DNA of 64,000 nucleotides from a virus (IMGVR_UViG_3300017705_000783:1-64000), one strand, 5' to 3'; shown: positions 25,267 to 35,676, counted from the stretch's first letter. Notes: generated from the sequence alone by a model not told the origin. Numbers and translations: made by a program.

Positions 25267-27748
25267 CCAGTAACTCTTGTATTAATGTTGCTTGTGCCTT
25301 TAAGAAGTCTGTCATTAAGTTGTCCTTATTTTCGGATACATTCTTTTTATCTTTATAAAAATGGGTATTATAAGCATTCTTTTTATTTACTTCTATCTTG
25401 CCGTTTTTTAGTATCTTAATAGAAAGTAAAGATTTCCCCTGTGCTCTTTGCCCTTTAGGGAAGACATTAATAGCCTTTCCCCCTGGTTTCATATGAAATT
25501 CAAGTTCCCCGTTACCAATACCGTCTAGTATATTTTTTCTAAATTTATCATCGGATTCCATTATGGTTTCACCATCTAATTGATTCCATACATTCAATTG
25601 AGGTGTTGCAGCAGTACCCCCTAAAACAAACATTTCTGCTCCTATGGCTTTAAATAAATCAGGATTATAGAATTTTCCCCCATTATTTAACAAGCCCCGC
25701 ATATTATTTGCTAAGTTCTTTGGCTGTGCTCTCTTCCAAAAATCTTTAACTTGAGTGAGGGTAGCCCCTGCTCCTTTTGTATTCTCCCTTTTTTTAATTA
25801 TCCCTGCACTTTTAATCTGGGAAATTACCTCTCGTCTGTGTCCCTCGTTTTTATAGTCCCCAGAATTTAGGGAGTTAAATGCCATACCTCCCATACCAAG
25901 AACATTTTTCTTTGGCTGAGTTTTAAGCGACACCGATAATATGGTAAATTTCTTTTCCCTCCCAGGATCACCAAGACTACCATCACTTTCAAAAGTTCCA
26001 GGAGGGAAGTCTTCAGGTTTCATTTCCCCACTACTAATTAATTCATCTACAGTTTTTTCTTCAATAACCTTCGATACGTCAATACCGTTCTTTTTAAGAT
26101 TAGCCCTCACCTTATTAATGTCCCCATGATCCAAGGCATAAGATACATCTCTCTTTATTCTTTCTCCCTTAGTGGATTGGGCTATTTCTCCTACGGTAAA
26201 GCTAAATAAAGGTGAGACTCCTTCCCCCAAAATACCTTGAACAGCTTTAGATCGTAAAATCATAAATGTTGCAAAAGCTCTTTTTCCATCTTCTTCAGAT
26301 GCCAAGGTTTCAATAAAAGATTCAGCTACCCCCTCATCCCCAAATGAATCGGGATATGAAGTACGAAGTTCTTCTATAAGATTTGTAGTTAATTCTTCGT
26401 CTGATAGGGAGCCCAAAGTGTCTATACCCTCTCCCCCCATGCTAGCAATACCCATTCTCAGGGATTCTGATAGCTGCTGTGCTGATAACTTTGTAGTAGC
26501 GTCACCCCACAGGGCTATCATTCTACTAAGTTGGAAATCTCTTCTATCCTCTAAAATCTTTCTTTCGTCACTACCTTCTTCACTTGCGTTTATCCCATCT
26601 ATTAAAGAGAAAATAGTTGCTACAGTACCAGCCCCAGCCATAACTGCTTCATCGGCCTTACCTCTAGTATCGGGGGCTATTGCTCTATTTATTGTAATGT
26701 CATCAAAACCGCCAATCTCGAAATCCTCACTATTTTCTGACGGACTTACTCCCTTATTCCAAGAGTTAATAGATGTTTCAAAGGTGTCAATAACTTTATT
26801 CATCCACTCAGTTTGAACTTGGTGGGAGCCTGATTGCTTCCCAAAAAGTAAAACTTTATAAGTATCAGAACTCATCTGGTCTGTATTTAGAACAAAACTA
26901 CGAGCCTTATTCTTCCCAGCAGGGGGGCCCAAAGCTATTTTTTCTAATATAGATTTTAGGTTAGTAGCTTCTTCATTATCTATAACTTCTTCATCCTCTA
27001 TTTTTTTATGTAATTTAGAAGTTAGATATACCATATCCCTTAAATTTCTAGCAGACTCTACTTTATCTTCTATTGGAACATTTACGTCCTCTATCCACTT
27101 TTCAATTGTATATTTTAATGATGTCTGAAAACCCTCTAAAGTACCTTTTACTCCCTGTGTCTTAAACGCTGCCTCAAGATCAGCAGGATTAAATTCAGAG
27201 GCTTTATCTTCTTCTCCCTCTTTAACTTCTCTCTCTACAATCCCGAAATCTTCTAAAAATGGAGATAGTTCTACTCTATTTGCCTCAATAGCTTCAAGAA
27301 CTGCTTCCTCCCTTGCCTTCTCCTCAGCAGCTATGGCATTAGCGTCTCCTGCATTGGCATCTGGGTTCTTCAGGTTTAGCCATTCCTCCAACTCAGCAGC
27401 TATTATAGTATTTTGATATGTGTCACCCTTAAGCTGTACCCACCCCTCCCCTTGCTTCGCAGCCTTGGTTGGATTAGAAGTCTGTTTAACAATAGCCGAG
27501 TTACGCTTCGCAAATTTCGCTTTAAGACTAAAATCCGTTCTCGCAAGATGGAGTTTTTCGTGGCCTTGAGCAGGGGAGGGGTGGGGAAAACTTTGCTTTT
27601 GGCCTGGGGTCATCATTCCATATTGTTGTATAACAGCATCTACACTATTTAAAGGCTCCCCTTCTGCCTCTCCCCCCTCTTTAATAAGAGTTAAAGATCT
27701 CTTCTTTAGCTTAGAATAGCTTTCAAGTAGTTCGTGATAATAATTCAT
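25256..27748 (-). CDS. Large hypothetical protein, probable internal (ejected) head protein
   Basis: 830 aa; N-terminal ELLES...LIKEG and C-terminal NVSEN resemble gp21 (I/L)xE cleavage sites; lies after the tail tube gene. Confidence 0.5.
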   Translation of the reverse strand: MNYYHELLESYSKLKKRSLTLIKEGGEAEGEPLNSVDAVIQQYGMMTPGQKQSFPHPSPAQGHEKLHLARTDFSLKAKFAKRNSAIVKQTSNPTKAAKQGEGWVQLKGDTYQNTIIAAELEEWLNLKNPDANAGDANAIAAEEKAREEAVLEAIEANRVELSPFLEDFGIVEREVKEGEEDKASEFNPADLEAAFKTQGVKGTLEGFQTSLKYTIEKWIEDVNVPIEDKVESARNLRDMVYLTSKLHKKIEDEEVIDNEEATNLKSILEKIALGPPAGKNKARSFVLNTDQMSSDTYKVLLFGKQSGSHQVQTEWMNKVIDTFETSINSWNKGVSPSENSEDFEIGGFDDITINRAIAPDTRGKADEAVMAGAGTVATIFSLIDGINASEEGSDERKILEDRRDFQLSRMIALWGDATTKLSAQQLSESLRMGIASMGGEGIDTLGSLSDEELTTNLIEELRTSYPDSFGDEGVAESFIETLASEEDGKRAFATFMILRSKAVQGILGEGVSPLFSFTVGEIAQSTKGERIKRDVSYALDHGDINKVRANLKKNGIDVSKVIEEKTVDELISSGEMKPEDFPPGTFESDGSLGDPGREKKFTILSVSLKTQPKKNVLGMGGMAFNSLNSGDYKNEGHRREVISQIKSAGIIKKRENTKGAGATLTQVKDFWKRAQPKNLANNMRGLLNNGGKFYNPDLFKAIGAEMFVLGGTAATPQLNVWNQLDGETIMESDDKFRKNILDGIGNGELEFHMKPGGKAINVFPKGQRAQGKSLLSIKILKNGKIEVNKKNAYNTHFYKDKKNVSENKDNLMTDFLKAQATLIQELLATH

Positions 27749-27761
27749 AAAAAAAATCTCT

Positions 27762-27799
27762 AAAAAAAGCCCAACCCAGAAAACATCTAGGCTGGGCTT
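27762..27799 (-). terminator. Rho-independent terminator after the tail tube gene
   Basis: AAGCCCAGCCTAGATGTTTTCTGGGTTGGGCTTTTTTT: a GC-rich stem with G-U pairs and a U-tract. Confidence 0.8.
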
Positions 27800-27830
27800 G
27801 CTTACATCTTATTATAGTATATTTTTAATA

Positions 27831-28463
27831 CTACGTTGTTAAATGGTCGAGGTTCTCATAGCCATGTGTCACCTGTCCTTTAGAATCCCCATGATCAATG
27901 AAATCATAACGGAATGTTACTTCCACTGTATGAAATTGATTATTAGAGTAATTAAATTCAGCGTTCTTCCATGCTCTAGGGTAAACTCCAAACAATCTTG
28001 TAGTCGTCATAGGAGATCCATCAGGATTTAGTTGGTGAATTTTTAATTGCTTTGCTTTAAACCCAGCCCCTGTGGATCCCTCCATTATCTGTCCTGTCAT
28101 GGGATCATAAATTTTCTTGAACCAATTCCATAAAGTATTAGATACTTTCTTGAGATAGAGGTTATCAAAAGTAATCATGACCTCATCCTGAGTAGGACGA
28201 CCAGGATAGAAAACCCTATCATTTACACGATAAACTTCTATGTCCTCAACAGACATCCCTGTGTTCCCTACTTGCTTCGCAGCTAAAGTCAAAAATGGGT
28301 CACCACCCCCTTCGGCTACTCCAGCGGGAAGTTCAAACTCACACTCAAAGGAGTAGACCCTTACCGAGTTAAGTCCCTCTGATACCAGGGGCAATCCATC
28401 CCCATCAGCATTTATAGTCCTGTGTGCATCGTTACTATTAAAATATGTTGCATCTTTTGGCAT
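27831..28463 (-). CDS. gp19: Tail tube protein (gp19-like)
   Basis: YSFECEF, YPGR..., ITFD, WFKKIYDPMTG, LFGVYP; directly after the sheath gene. Confidence 0.88.
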   Translation of the reverse strand: MPKDATYFNSNDAHRTINADGDGLPLVSEGLNSVRVYSFECEFELPAGVAEGGGDPFLTLAAKQVGNTGMSVEDIEVYRVNDRVFYPGRPTQDEVMITFDNLYLKKVSNTLWNWFKKIYDPMTGQIMEGSTGAGFKAKQLKIHQLNPDGSPMTTTRLFGVYPRAWKNAEFNYSNNQFHTVEVTFRYDFIDHGDSKGQVTHGYENLDHLTT

Positions 28464-28473
28464 TATTTACTCC

Positions 28474-30621
28474 TTAATTTCCTATCTGCGCTGATTGATT
28501 AGTTACGTTTATTTCAAACACTACAACCTCTGCTGTCTTTGTGGGTTTCAAGAGAACTTTACACCACAACTCATTTCTATCTACCCTTACCGCAGTATTT
28601 GTTGTTTCGTCACAAATTACCTTAAATTCTGTGATACCACGTTCTCTCTTTATTGAATCAAGAATAGGTGCTACCACAGTCTCAATCCTATCCCATGTAA
28701 ATCTATCATTAGGCTCGAAAGCGAACTGTCTTGTAGAATTAACAACAGTATCTCGAATCTCAATAAGCAAACGTCTAATATTAATTCTGTTGGTTGCCTT
28801 ATTTGATCTCAAGGCTGTCCTCTGTCCGAAGATAACAATTCCATCTTGAGCAAATTTAGTGATTGGATTAATTATATTTCCACCACTGTAGAGAGAGTCT
28901 CTATCACCTTGATTTAATGCAACTTCAACATCTACAGGCTTGGTTAAACGACCTCTAGCCAAGCCAGCAGGAGCAAACCATGGCTGGGCTACTCTATCTG
29001 TAGCTACCATTTGTCTTGCAGCGTAAATCTCGGGGGCGTACCACCTATCTTTACCATCAAAGACACTAAAGGTTTTAACCCAAGGCCAATGAACTGCGGC
29101 ATAAGAACTATTAATGGCTGCTGCTCTATCAGTAGATTTGCCATTAGTCCAATCAATAGCATCAGAAGGTTTTCCAATAGCATATGGAGGAGATACAAGA
29201 GCTAAGAATTTTTGTGTGGTCTCAGCTTTAGTAATAAGAGCATTTTGTGCTCCATCAAGCTCAGAGAAATCAGGGATCAAGGCTATTCTAACGGGAACAC
29301 CTTCATCGTCCAGAGCCTCTATGCCGCTCCTACCACCATCACTCTCAACCTGTCCTATTAAAGAAGTTTCTTTAGCAGCGGATTCAGTGGGAATACCACT
29401 ATCACCACCAGCCAAGGAATAAGTACCTTGAACAGGCTTGATAAATCTTGGGTCGCACATCGAACTCACCATACCAGAACCGTCTGTTACAGCCATAGTG
29501 TTCACAGCCATCGCCCCAATACCAGTGGTTAAATCATAGAAGTTATCTATAGAAGTCACACTTGTTACCGCAGCATTTCCTTGGGCACTAGTATAGTATC
29601 CTACTATCTCTCTTGAGGTAGCATCTACATTAGTTTTTCCTATTGCAGTTTCCAAGAATACCGAGGAAGTAGCTCCTCCCTTAAAGGTCTCAGCCGCAGT
29701 ACCATCAGTGTTAACCTGAATAACTACATTTGAATTACCATTGACATTCACCTCAACTGAAGTTCCTGACGTTGCCCCAGCGGGAGTGGTTCCTTCGTTG
29801 TATCCTGCTCCAGTATAGCGGGATCTGGTCCAGTAATACAGATCAGAGAATGTGCCCCCAGAGACCGTCACACTAGTTGCAGCCAATGCGTCTGTACTCC
29901 AATCTGAATGGCGTATTCCACTCAAATCCAAAGGTTGGAGTCCTTTCACCCCAGTCCAATTAGTATCATCATCAGTCGCTTCCATAGTAATGGTCATGGT
30001 AGTACCAGAACCAGCTATGGGGTTAACGATAAAAGCAGAGGCATCTGCATCAGTACCAAAGGCTCCTATCCTATCTGCATCCAAAGAGCCCCCTAAAACT
30101 TTTCTTAAGGCATCAATGGACCTGCCTCCATTAGCATAAGTCTGGGATATTGTTCCCGATGGGACGCTATACACTTTAGAATTTAATACTTGAGTTCTGG
30201 TGTTATCATAGGTAGTAACTGTAAACCTATAATTCCAACTTCCTCCATTATCGAGACCTATCCAACCACCAGAGGGTGAAGCAGAAACACCTACAGCAGG
30301 ACAAACTCCCATAGGTATAGCAGCAGAAGCTTCTGCTGCGGACGTTGCAGCACACCTAACAAAATACGTGCTATTGGTTGCTTCTAATATTTCAAGAGCA
30401 CCTTCTAACGCTTGTCCTGCTAGGTCCTCACTTGGGTTACCAAATGTAGAAACTAACTGCTCTTGGCTAGTAATTAGGGTAGCCTTATCCCCACTCTTTC
30501 CCGCCACTGGTCCTTTTGAAGCAAACCCAATTATCCCCACCACAGAAGAGTTGGACCCTGCGGGATAGTCTGATATGTCAACCTCGGTGAAATAGGCACC
30601 TGGACTTAGATACTTAGCCAT
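28474..30621 (-). CDS. gp18: Tail sheath protein (gp18-like)
   Basis: YLSPGAYFTEVDIS, PWFAPAGLARG, RDSLYSGGNIINPI, FGQRT, RINIRRL, FEPNDRFTW. Confidence 0.95.
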   Translation of the reverse strand: MAKYLSPGAYFTEVDISDYPAGSNSSVVGIIGFASKGPVAGKSGDKATLITSQEQLVSTFGNPSEDLAGQALEGALEILEATNSTYFVRCAATSAAEASAAIPMGVCPAVGVSASPSGGWIGLDNGGSWNYRFTVTTYDNTRTQVLNSKVYSVPSGTISQTYANGGRSIDALRKVLGGSLDADRIGAFGTDADASAFIVNPIAGSGTTMTITMEATDDDTNWTGVKGLQPLDLSGIRHSDWSTDALAATSVTVSGGTFSDLYYWTRSRYTGAGYNEGTTPAGATSGTSVEVNVNGNSNVVIQVNTDGTAAETFKGGATSSVFLETAIGKTNVDATSREIVGYYTSAQGNAAVTSVTSIDNFYDLTTGIGAMAVNTMAVTDGSGMVSSMCDPRFIKPVQGTYSLAGGDSGIPTESAAKETSLIGQVESDGGRSGIEALDDEGVPVRIALIPDFSELDGAQNALITKAETTQKFLALVSPPYAIGKPSDAIDWTNGKSTDRAAAINSSYAAVHWPWVKTFSVFDGKDRWYAPEIYAARQMVATDRVAQPWFAPAGLARGRLTKPVDVEVALNQGDRDSLYSGGNIINPITKFAQDGIVIFGQRTALRSNKATNRINIRRLLIEIRDTVVNSTRQFAFEPNDRFTWDRIETVVAPILDSIKRERGITEFKVICDETTNTAVRVDRNELWCKVLLKPTKTAEVVVFEINVTNQSAQIGN

Positions 30622-30633
30622 TTAATGTTCTCC

Positions 30634-30873
30634 CTAATTAATACTTATCAATCTTCTTTTATGTAAATTAAGCAATCTTTCTGTTATAACAGAAGCAGGA
30701 ACCTCCACAGACGCTCCTGGAGTTAATTTTATTGTTTGATTTCTACCCGTAGGCACAGGCCACGTTTGTAGACTTACATTTCTAACAGTTTTCATAGAAA
30801 TTTTAGGGACAGAGGCTGGCACTTCCGTCACTGTCTTAACCTTCTTTTTCTTTATACTCTTTTTAGAAACCAT
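30634..30873 (-). CDS. Small basic hypothetical protein upstream of the sheath gene
   Basis: 79-aa ORF filling the gap in operon orientation. Confidence 0.6.
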   Translation of the reverse strand: MVSKKSIKKKKVKTVTEVPASVPKISMKTVRNVSLQTWPVPTGRNQTIKLTPGASVEVPASVITERLLNLHKRRLISIN

Positions 30874-30903
30874 AATTTATACCTGTGTCGTAACCTCTAA
30901 ATA

Positions 30904-30909
30904 TATTTA
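30904..30909 (-). promoter_or_regulatory. Putative late promoter TAAATA within the palindrome CTAAATATATTTAG
   Basis: Intergenic, upstream of the sheath/tube operon. Confidence 0.45.
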
Positions 30910-30929
30910 GGTAATAAATACAAACAATT

Positions 30930-31682
30930 TTAATTTATTTTTGTATAAGACTCAGTTTCTGATATGTTTATTGAGCTAGTATCAATAGTTTCATCAAGTA
31001 CCGAAGTCTTATTTTCCGTTATTACTTCTACCTCAGTGTTAAACTCTGTGATTTCTCCTGTAGAAGTTATTAAATACTTAGGATATGGAATATATCCCTC
31101 CACTGAGAGATCAAATCTTCGTCTAATGATTCTATCTTCTCTGTCGCCGACCACAGTAACAGAATCGTTCTCTTCTCCTGTTATAAATGCCATTGTAGAA
31201 TTAGTATATTTTGTAATCATAGTTAAATTAGGATTTAATAATAACCTAATTTGTTCTACAAGCTGATCCATATCTTCGTTATACTTAGTCCACATATTTA
31301 CTTCATAAGATATTGTAATAGCTTTGGGGGCTAAACTTATAACTCTAAGAGCCCTTTTTCTTTTAGTATCCCAATAAGTTTCATTAACTAGTAAATCTTT
31401 TATTCTTCTACGCTCTGTATCTTCATCGCTTAGGGTCTGTGCTACCGTTACAAGGGGGAGAATTATGTTATTTTCTTGAAACATTTTTGCAACTGCTCTC
31501 TCTGCGGTTGCATTCACACATGGAACATCTATAAGTTCATTTTGAGGATCTCGTATCTTAAAACCAGAAAACGAAGCAAGCATAAATCTTAAATTTTCTT
31601 TATAGGCCGATGATATAAGGTGTTGAGGTTGTATTTTATCGCTCAATAATCCCCTTATCCAATCCCTAGTCTTCCACCTCAT
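30930..31682 (-). CDS. gp15: Tail sheath stabiliser/terminator (gp15-like)
   Basis: ILPLVTV, AP..ITISYEVNMWTKYNEDMDQLVEQI; position after gp13 and gp14. Confidence 0.75.
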   Translation of the reverse strand: MRWKTRDWIRGLLSDKIQPQHLISSAYKENLRFMLASFSGFKIRDPQNELIDVPCVNATAERAVAKMFQENNIILPLVTVAQTLSDEDTERRRIKDLLVNETYWDTKRKRALRVISLAPKAITISYEVNMWTKYNEDMDQLVEQIRLLLNPNLTMITKYTNSTMAFITGEENDSVTVVGDREDRIIRRRFDLSVEGYIPYPKYLITSTGEITEFNTEVEVITENKTSVLDETIDTSSINISETESYTKIN

Positions 31683-32314
31683 TATCTATCTCCGTATGGA
31701 TTATTCAGATCTTCTCTAGTAGAAAGAGGACTATTAGGAACCACTGTTTCGGCATTCATAGCAGAAATATTCTCTGTTCTCTTTGTGAGAGGTTCTTTAA
31801 CAACATCAGAAAAATCTCTAAGAACTCGGGCAGCGCATACTAAGTGATAAACTCCATAAATTTCAAAACTCTCCTCCTGAACCTCTATAATCTCGTACTT
31901 TACATTTTGAAATTTAGGTTTTACTACATCGTGAGGTATTGGAGTACGACCCAAAACTGTTTCTATACTACTCTTATTAAAAGTAAATAGCTGATCATTG
32001 CTTAATTCTATACCAAACTGGGTTAGGTTCTCTTCAATAGGAGATGGATTATAATGACCAAATACTACTATTGGTTCTGAGTGTAGGGTTTTCATCCTCT
32101 CCTCCATGTAGATAGGATCTATAGTTCCATCACTCTGAAAATACTTATAATATAAAATTTTAGATCCTGCTAACCGAATTTGCTCTTCATCAATGAGATT
32201 ATGGAGACCTAGATCGGGATTTTGAGGATCAAACAGACTTAGTTCTGTTGAGTCCTCTATAGTAGGCAGCGGGGGCATTTTTACCCCAACTTTAAATCTA
32301 TTATCCTTATTCAT
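31682..32314 (-). CDS. gp14: Neck protein (gp14-like)
   Basis: IDEEQIRLAG..ILYY, IYMEE, QFGIELSND..FTF, YEIIEVQEE. Confidence 0.8.
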   Translation of the reverse strand: MNKDNRFKVGVKMPPLPTIEDSTELSLFDPQNPDLGLHNLIDEEQIRLAGSKILYYKYFQSDGTIDPIYMEERMKTLHSEPIVVFGHYNPSPIEENLTQFGIELSNDQLFTFNKSSIETVLGRTPIPHDVVKPKFQNVKYEIIEVQEESFEIYGVYHLVCAARVLRDFSDVVKEPLTKRTENISAMNAETVVPNSPLSTREDLNNPYGDR

Positions 32315-33195
32315 TAGAATGCCGTGAACACTGGTGGCTCTTCGATCTCAGAAACCAATTCTTCTATCAGTAATTGTTTTTCTTCTTTACTTTGCATAAG
32401 TAAAGCTTCCCCATTTAACTGAGATCCACCTCCTGGAGAAGGGAGAATTGCATACTTCCCTCTAATTTGCCCTAAAACACCTTTAACTGCTGCGAGAGTG
32501 TACCTCTGCAACCAATTCCTGTAAGCAGGATGTATTGTATTTGAGTTTATTGCTCTGTATTCTATAATAACTGTTTGTGGAGTTGTGACAGGTGCGGGGG
32601 ATAACAATAAATATCTTCCATCTACAACATTAAAGGAACCTTCTTGACCTAATATTTTTCTTGTCATTTCAAGGTTCTGTTGCAGAAGATAAAAGTCTGC
32701 TACACCAAAATTTTGAAATAAGAAGTTATCCTGAAAATACTTTATAAAAAAGTCAAATTCTAGAGTACCTGCTTGAGACTGTATAGAAAGCAAAGTCTTT
32801 TTGTATACAACATAGGTTAAGTTATCCAACATGTATTGGGGGAGTTCATACATATTTGTCCCTGCGGAGGCATCAAAGGCAGCTATCTGTTTCGTCCATA
32901 GCGGAGCATGATAATTCAATCTTGTAATTGCTTCATCCATACATGTTCTTATTTGATAAGGAGTAACTTCTATTCTTACTACTGGGTGTCCTAATTGAGC
33001 TAGGGCATAATCAGCTAGAGTTTGTTCAAAATCCGTATACTCTTCTAAAGAACTCTCAGTACCTGTATTTAATTTATCTCTATCAATACTAGTAAGTATT
33101 ACGCCCTTGTCTATATGAGCCCCAATTGGAGATGCTAATGTATTACCAAATGTAGCAAGACGGGGTACTTTCGCAGGTGGTGTTGCTTGTGCCAT
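32314..33195 (-). CDS. gp13: Neck protein (gp13-like)
   Basis: YALAQLGHPVVRIEV..Q..CMDEA, WLQRYTLA.VK..LG.IRGKY..LPSPGG..LNG. Confidence 0.85.
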   Translation of the reverse strand: MAQATPPAKVPRLATFGNTLASPIGAHIDKGVILTSIDRDKLNTGTESSLEEYTDFEQTLADYALAQLGHPVVRIEVTPYQIRTCMDEAITRLNYHAPLWTKQIAAFDASAGTNMYELPQYMLDNLTYVVYKKTLLSIQSQAGTLEFDFFIKYFQDNFLFQNFGVADFYLLQQNLEMTRKILGQEGSFNVVDGRYLLLSPAPVTTPQTVIIEYRAINSNTIHPAYRNWLQRYTLAAVKGVLGQIRGKYAILPSPGGGSQLNGEALLMQSKEEKQLLIEELVSEIEEPPVFTAF

Positions 33196-33220
33196 AATTA
33201 ACCTCTAAACTATATACCTA

Positions 33221-33260
33221 AAAAATAAGAGGGACCCGAGAAAATTCTCAGATCCCTCTA
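33221..33260 (-). terminator. Rho-independent terminator after the major capsid gene
   Basis: TAGAGGGATCTGAG-AATTTT-CTCGGGTCCCTCTTATTTTT stem-loop with U-tract. Confidence 0.8.
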
Positions 33261-33281
33261 AAAGTTTAGGCTTGATTACTA

Positions 33282-34910
33282 TTAATCAGCTTGGTTCAAG
33301 GCTGACGAGCCACCACCCTTACCGAACGGATTAAACAGGTAATTAGCACCTGCTCCAACCACTCGAATGATTCTGTAGAATCTGTAGTAAGGACCCACTG
33401 CTGCTTTACCGTAGCGAGTCAGAATGCCCTTTCTGGGCTGGAAGTCCGAAGGATCAGTGATTGTTGGCATGGACTGGAGTGGGATATATGGAGCATATAC
33501 ATAACCACTATCCATAGCGTTATCACCCTTATAGCCGATCATAATCTCATCTTCTGGGTACATCGGATCGACCCACAGATCGTAACGACCCATGAACTTA
33601 CCTCTGTAAGAAATTTGATTACGTCCGATATTAGTTGGACCATCACCAGGAGCAATACCACCTTCAAGCTTCGCTGCCGATTCCAGCATGGAAGCAATCA
33701 GAGGTGATGTAATAAGCCAGTTACCAGGACCACGGAATGTAGTTCTGTAGATATCCTGCGAAGCGAAGTTAATTATCGAAAGCAGATTAGCATATACGTG
33801 GCCGACATGCTGTGGTGCCGCACCAAACTGACTGTCAGTCCTTGAGAGATCAACGAGCCACACGTTAGAGTTAGTACCTACATCAGGACCATCCCCTACA
33901 CCTGCGTACGCATTAGCAAAATCATACAAGAATGCGGAAGGAGTAAACTCTGTAGTATTTACCGAGCCAGCGTTCGCTGTGGGATGATTCGGCCCCTGCG
34001 CCTGGAAATTATTAGCGTTTCCACCACCAGTAAGGGATCCGACATTCCAACCAGTGTGACCATTAGGATCATACGCAATCATACGAAGATCTTCAATAAT
34101 CTCACGGTCAATCTCAAGAGCAATTTCCTTTGAGAGAAGGCTAGTAAGCTCTCCCTCAAGATCAAGGTTGTGATACGCACGAAGGTCTTGAGCAGCCTCA
34201 AGAGTCCAAAGTGCCCGCATCTTACGAGTACGAGCAACAACTGGCTGCTGATCAATGTGCATGTTAAGCTCTGGAATACCAGTAGAGGTAAGAGCTTCAC
34301 CTGCACTAACGGAATATCCGAGGATAGTCGCTGCAACAGGGAAGGAGGCGATTTTACCACCCATCGTAGAGCTTGGACTCGCTGGAGAATTCCATGAATC
34401 AGCACAAGTACCCATGTTGTTCTCTAAACCAAGCGAAGACAACGCCGCATTAGCAGCACTAAAAGTATCAAAAGCCTCTCTAGCTTCAGGCGATCCTGCA
34501 TCAACTCCAGTGTCAATAGCACTGGATGTAAGGTTAGCATACGTTAGGTTGTAACGACTGAACACTGTTTGGTTTCGACCTCCTGTTGGAGTGCCATAGT
34601 GTCGGTCATGACCCAGATAGAAAATCTGGGACACTGGACCTTGCATAGGCTGAACGCCAACAAGGTTATTAGCAAGAAGCTGCGGATAGACGCGACGGAC
34701 GAGTGGAAATGCGAACTTCTGGAATGTACCGAGCTTACCCACTGTAGTAGGTGAATCAGTACCAACAACTTCGTCCACACGCTCACTCACGATGGCTTTA
34801 GCCTGGTTTTCCAGAAGAACTGCACATACCTTACGCTTGTAGTCATCGTCTATACCCTCAAGTACAGGACTCCAACGGTCCTCCATACTTGGATCATAAT
34901 TAGAAATCAT
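33282..34910 (-). CDS. gp23: Major capsid protein (gp23-like)
   Basis: WSPVLEG, LLENQ, PLVRR, VGVQPM.GP..QIFYL, ARTRKMRALWTLEAAQDL, EIALEIDREII, YAPYIPL, TRYG. Confidence 0.97.
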   Translation of the reverse strand: MISNYDPSMEDRWSPVLEGIDDDYKRKVCAVLLENQAKAIVSERVDEVVGTDSPTTVGKLGTFQKFAFPLVRRVYPQLLANNLVGVQPMQGPVSQIFYLGHDRHYGTPTGGRNQTVFSRYNLTYANLTSSAIDTGVDAGSPEAREAFDTFSAANAALSSLGLENNMGTCADSWNSPASPSSTMGGKIASFPVAATILGYSVSAGEALTSTGIPELNMHIDQQPVVARTRKMRALWTLEAAQDLRAYHNLDLEGELTSLLSKEIALEIDREIIEDLRMIAYDPNGHTGWNVGSLTGGGNANNFQAQGPNHPTANAGSVNTTEFTPSAFLYDFANAYAGVGDGPDVGTNSNVWLVDLSRTDSQFGAAPQHVGHVYANLLSIINFASQDIYRTTFRGPGNWLITSPLIASMLESAAKLEGGIAPGDGPTNIGRNQISYRGKFMGRYDLWVDPMYPEDEIMIGYKGDNAMDSGYVYAPYIPLQSMPTITDPSDFQPRKGILTRYGKAAVGPYYRFYRIIRVVGAGANYLFNPFGKGGGSSALNQAD

Positions 34911-34931
34911 ATAAAAACTCCATTAAGGTAT

Positions 34932-35564
34932 CTACTCAGCAATGGGCATAAACCGCATTACTTCAGGCGTAAGAAATTCATTGTGAATTCCTTCATTAAC
35001 AGATGAGTCTCCAACTTCCGAGTTGGAGACCATTACTGCTTTTTCAGAGGATTCAAATGGGAGCGACTGAGACTCAGTGAGTCTTTCCGTTTCTTCCACT
35101 AGCTCTGTATTTGTATTCTCAAGAATATTAATCTTATCTCTGAAAGCTTCTGCTATGGAGACAAGCTTCTCATTGTCTTCCATTAACTTTTCAACTTCCT
35201 TAGTAAGACTAGAAATATTTTCCTGAGACTCTTCATTCACATCTACAAGACCAGAAATCGCTGATTCTTTGTCATGTTGATCTAACTCAACAGACATCAT
35301 TGTTTTCATACTCTCAAAAACGTGACCATTTCGGACGAACTCTTCATCTTGCTCAAGTTCCTTTAAAGCATATTCCTTGATTTCATCAACCTTCATACGA
35401 AGGAATCCATTGACCTTTGTGATGAGTCCATTGACCTCACTATCAACTCGTTCTGTAATCACTGAGTCTACCAACTTTGCTATCTCATCGACTGCATGTT
35501 CTGTAAGACCTTCTGGAAGAAGCTCTGCAAGATTTTCCATCTTTTTAGATTGCTTATCACTCAT
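34932..35564 (-). CDS. gp22: Prohead scaffold/core protein (gp22-like)
   Basis: Acidic coiled-coil protein between gp21 and gp23. Confidence 0.75.
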   Translation of the reverse strand: MSDKQSKKMENLAELLPEGLTEHAVDEIAKLVDSVITERVDSEVNGLITKVNGFLRMKVDEIKEYALKELEQDEEFVRNGHVFESMKTMMSVELDQHDKESAISGLVDVNEESQENISSLTKEVEKLMEDNEKLVSIAEAFRDKINILENTNTELVEETERLTESQSLPFESSEKAVMVSNSEVGDSSVNEGIHNEFLTPEVMRFMPIAE

Positions 35565-35583
35565 GTAAACTATCTCCTATAAT

Positions 35584-35590
35584 TATTTAT
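35584..35590 (-). promoter_or_regulatory. Putative late promoter ATAAATA upstream of gp22/gp23
   Basis: In the AT-rich gap, just upstream of the AGGAG SD of gp22. Confidence 0.45.
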
Positions 35591-35676
35591 CATATTTAAA
35601 AATTAAAGTTTAAAAAAATTTAAATATTGTTGTTTATTCCCTACATTTAAAGGTTTTATTACCCTAAGTATTAATT

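Noticed and set aside
34079-34786. Same-strand alternative-frame ORFs inside gp23 (also inside gp32, the sheath gene and the 36811 gene)
   Set aside because: No SD and no recognisable motifs; explained by strong codon bias in highly expressed genes.
35565-35676. AT-rich intergenic stretch as a replication origin or structured ncRNA
   Set aside because: No iterons and only weak AT-only inverted repeats; adequately explained as a promoter region.
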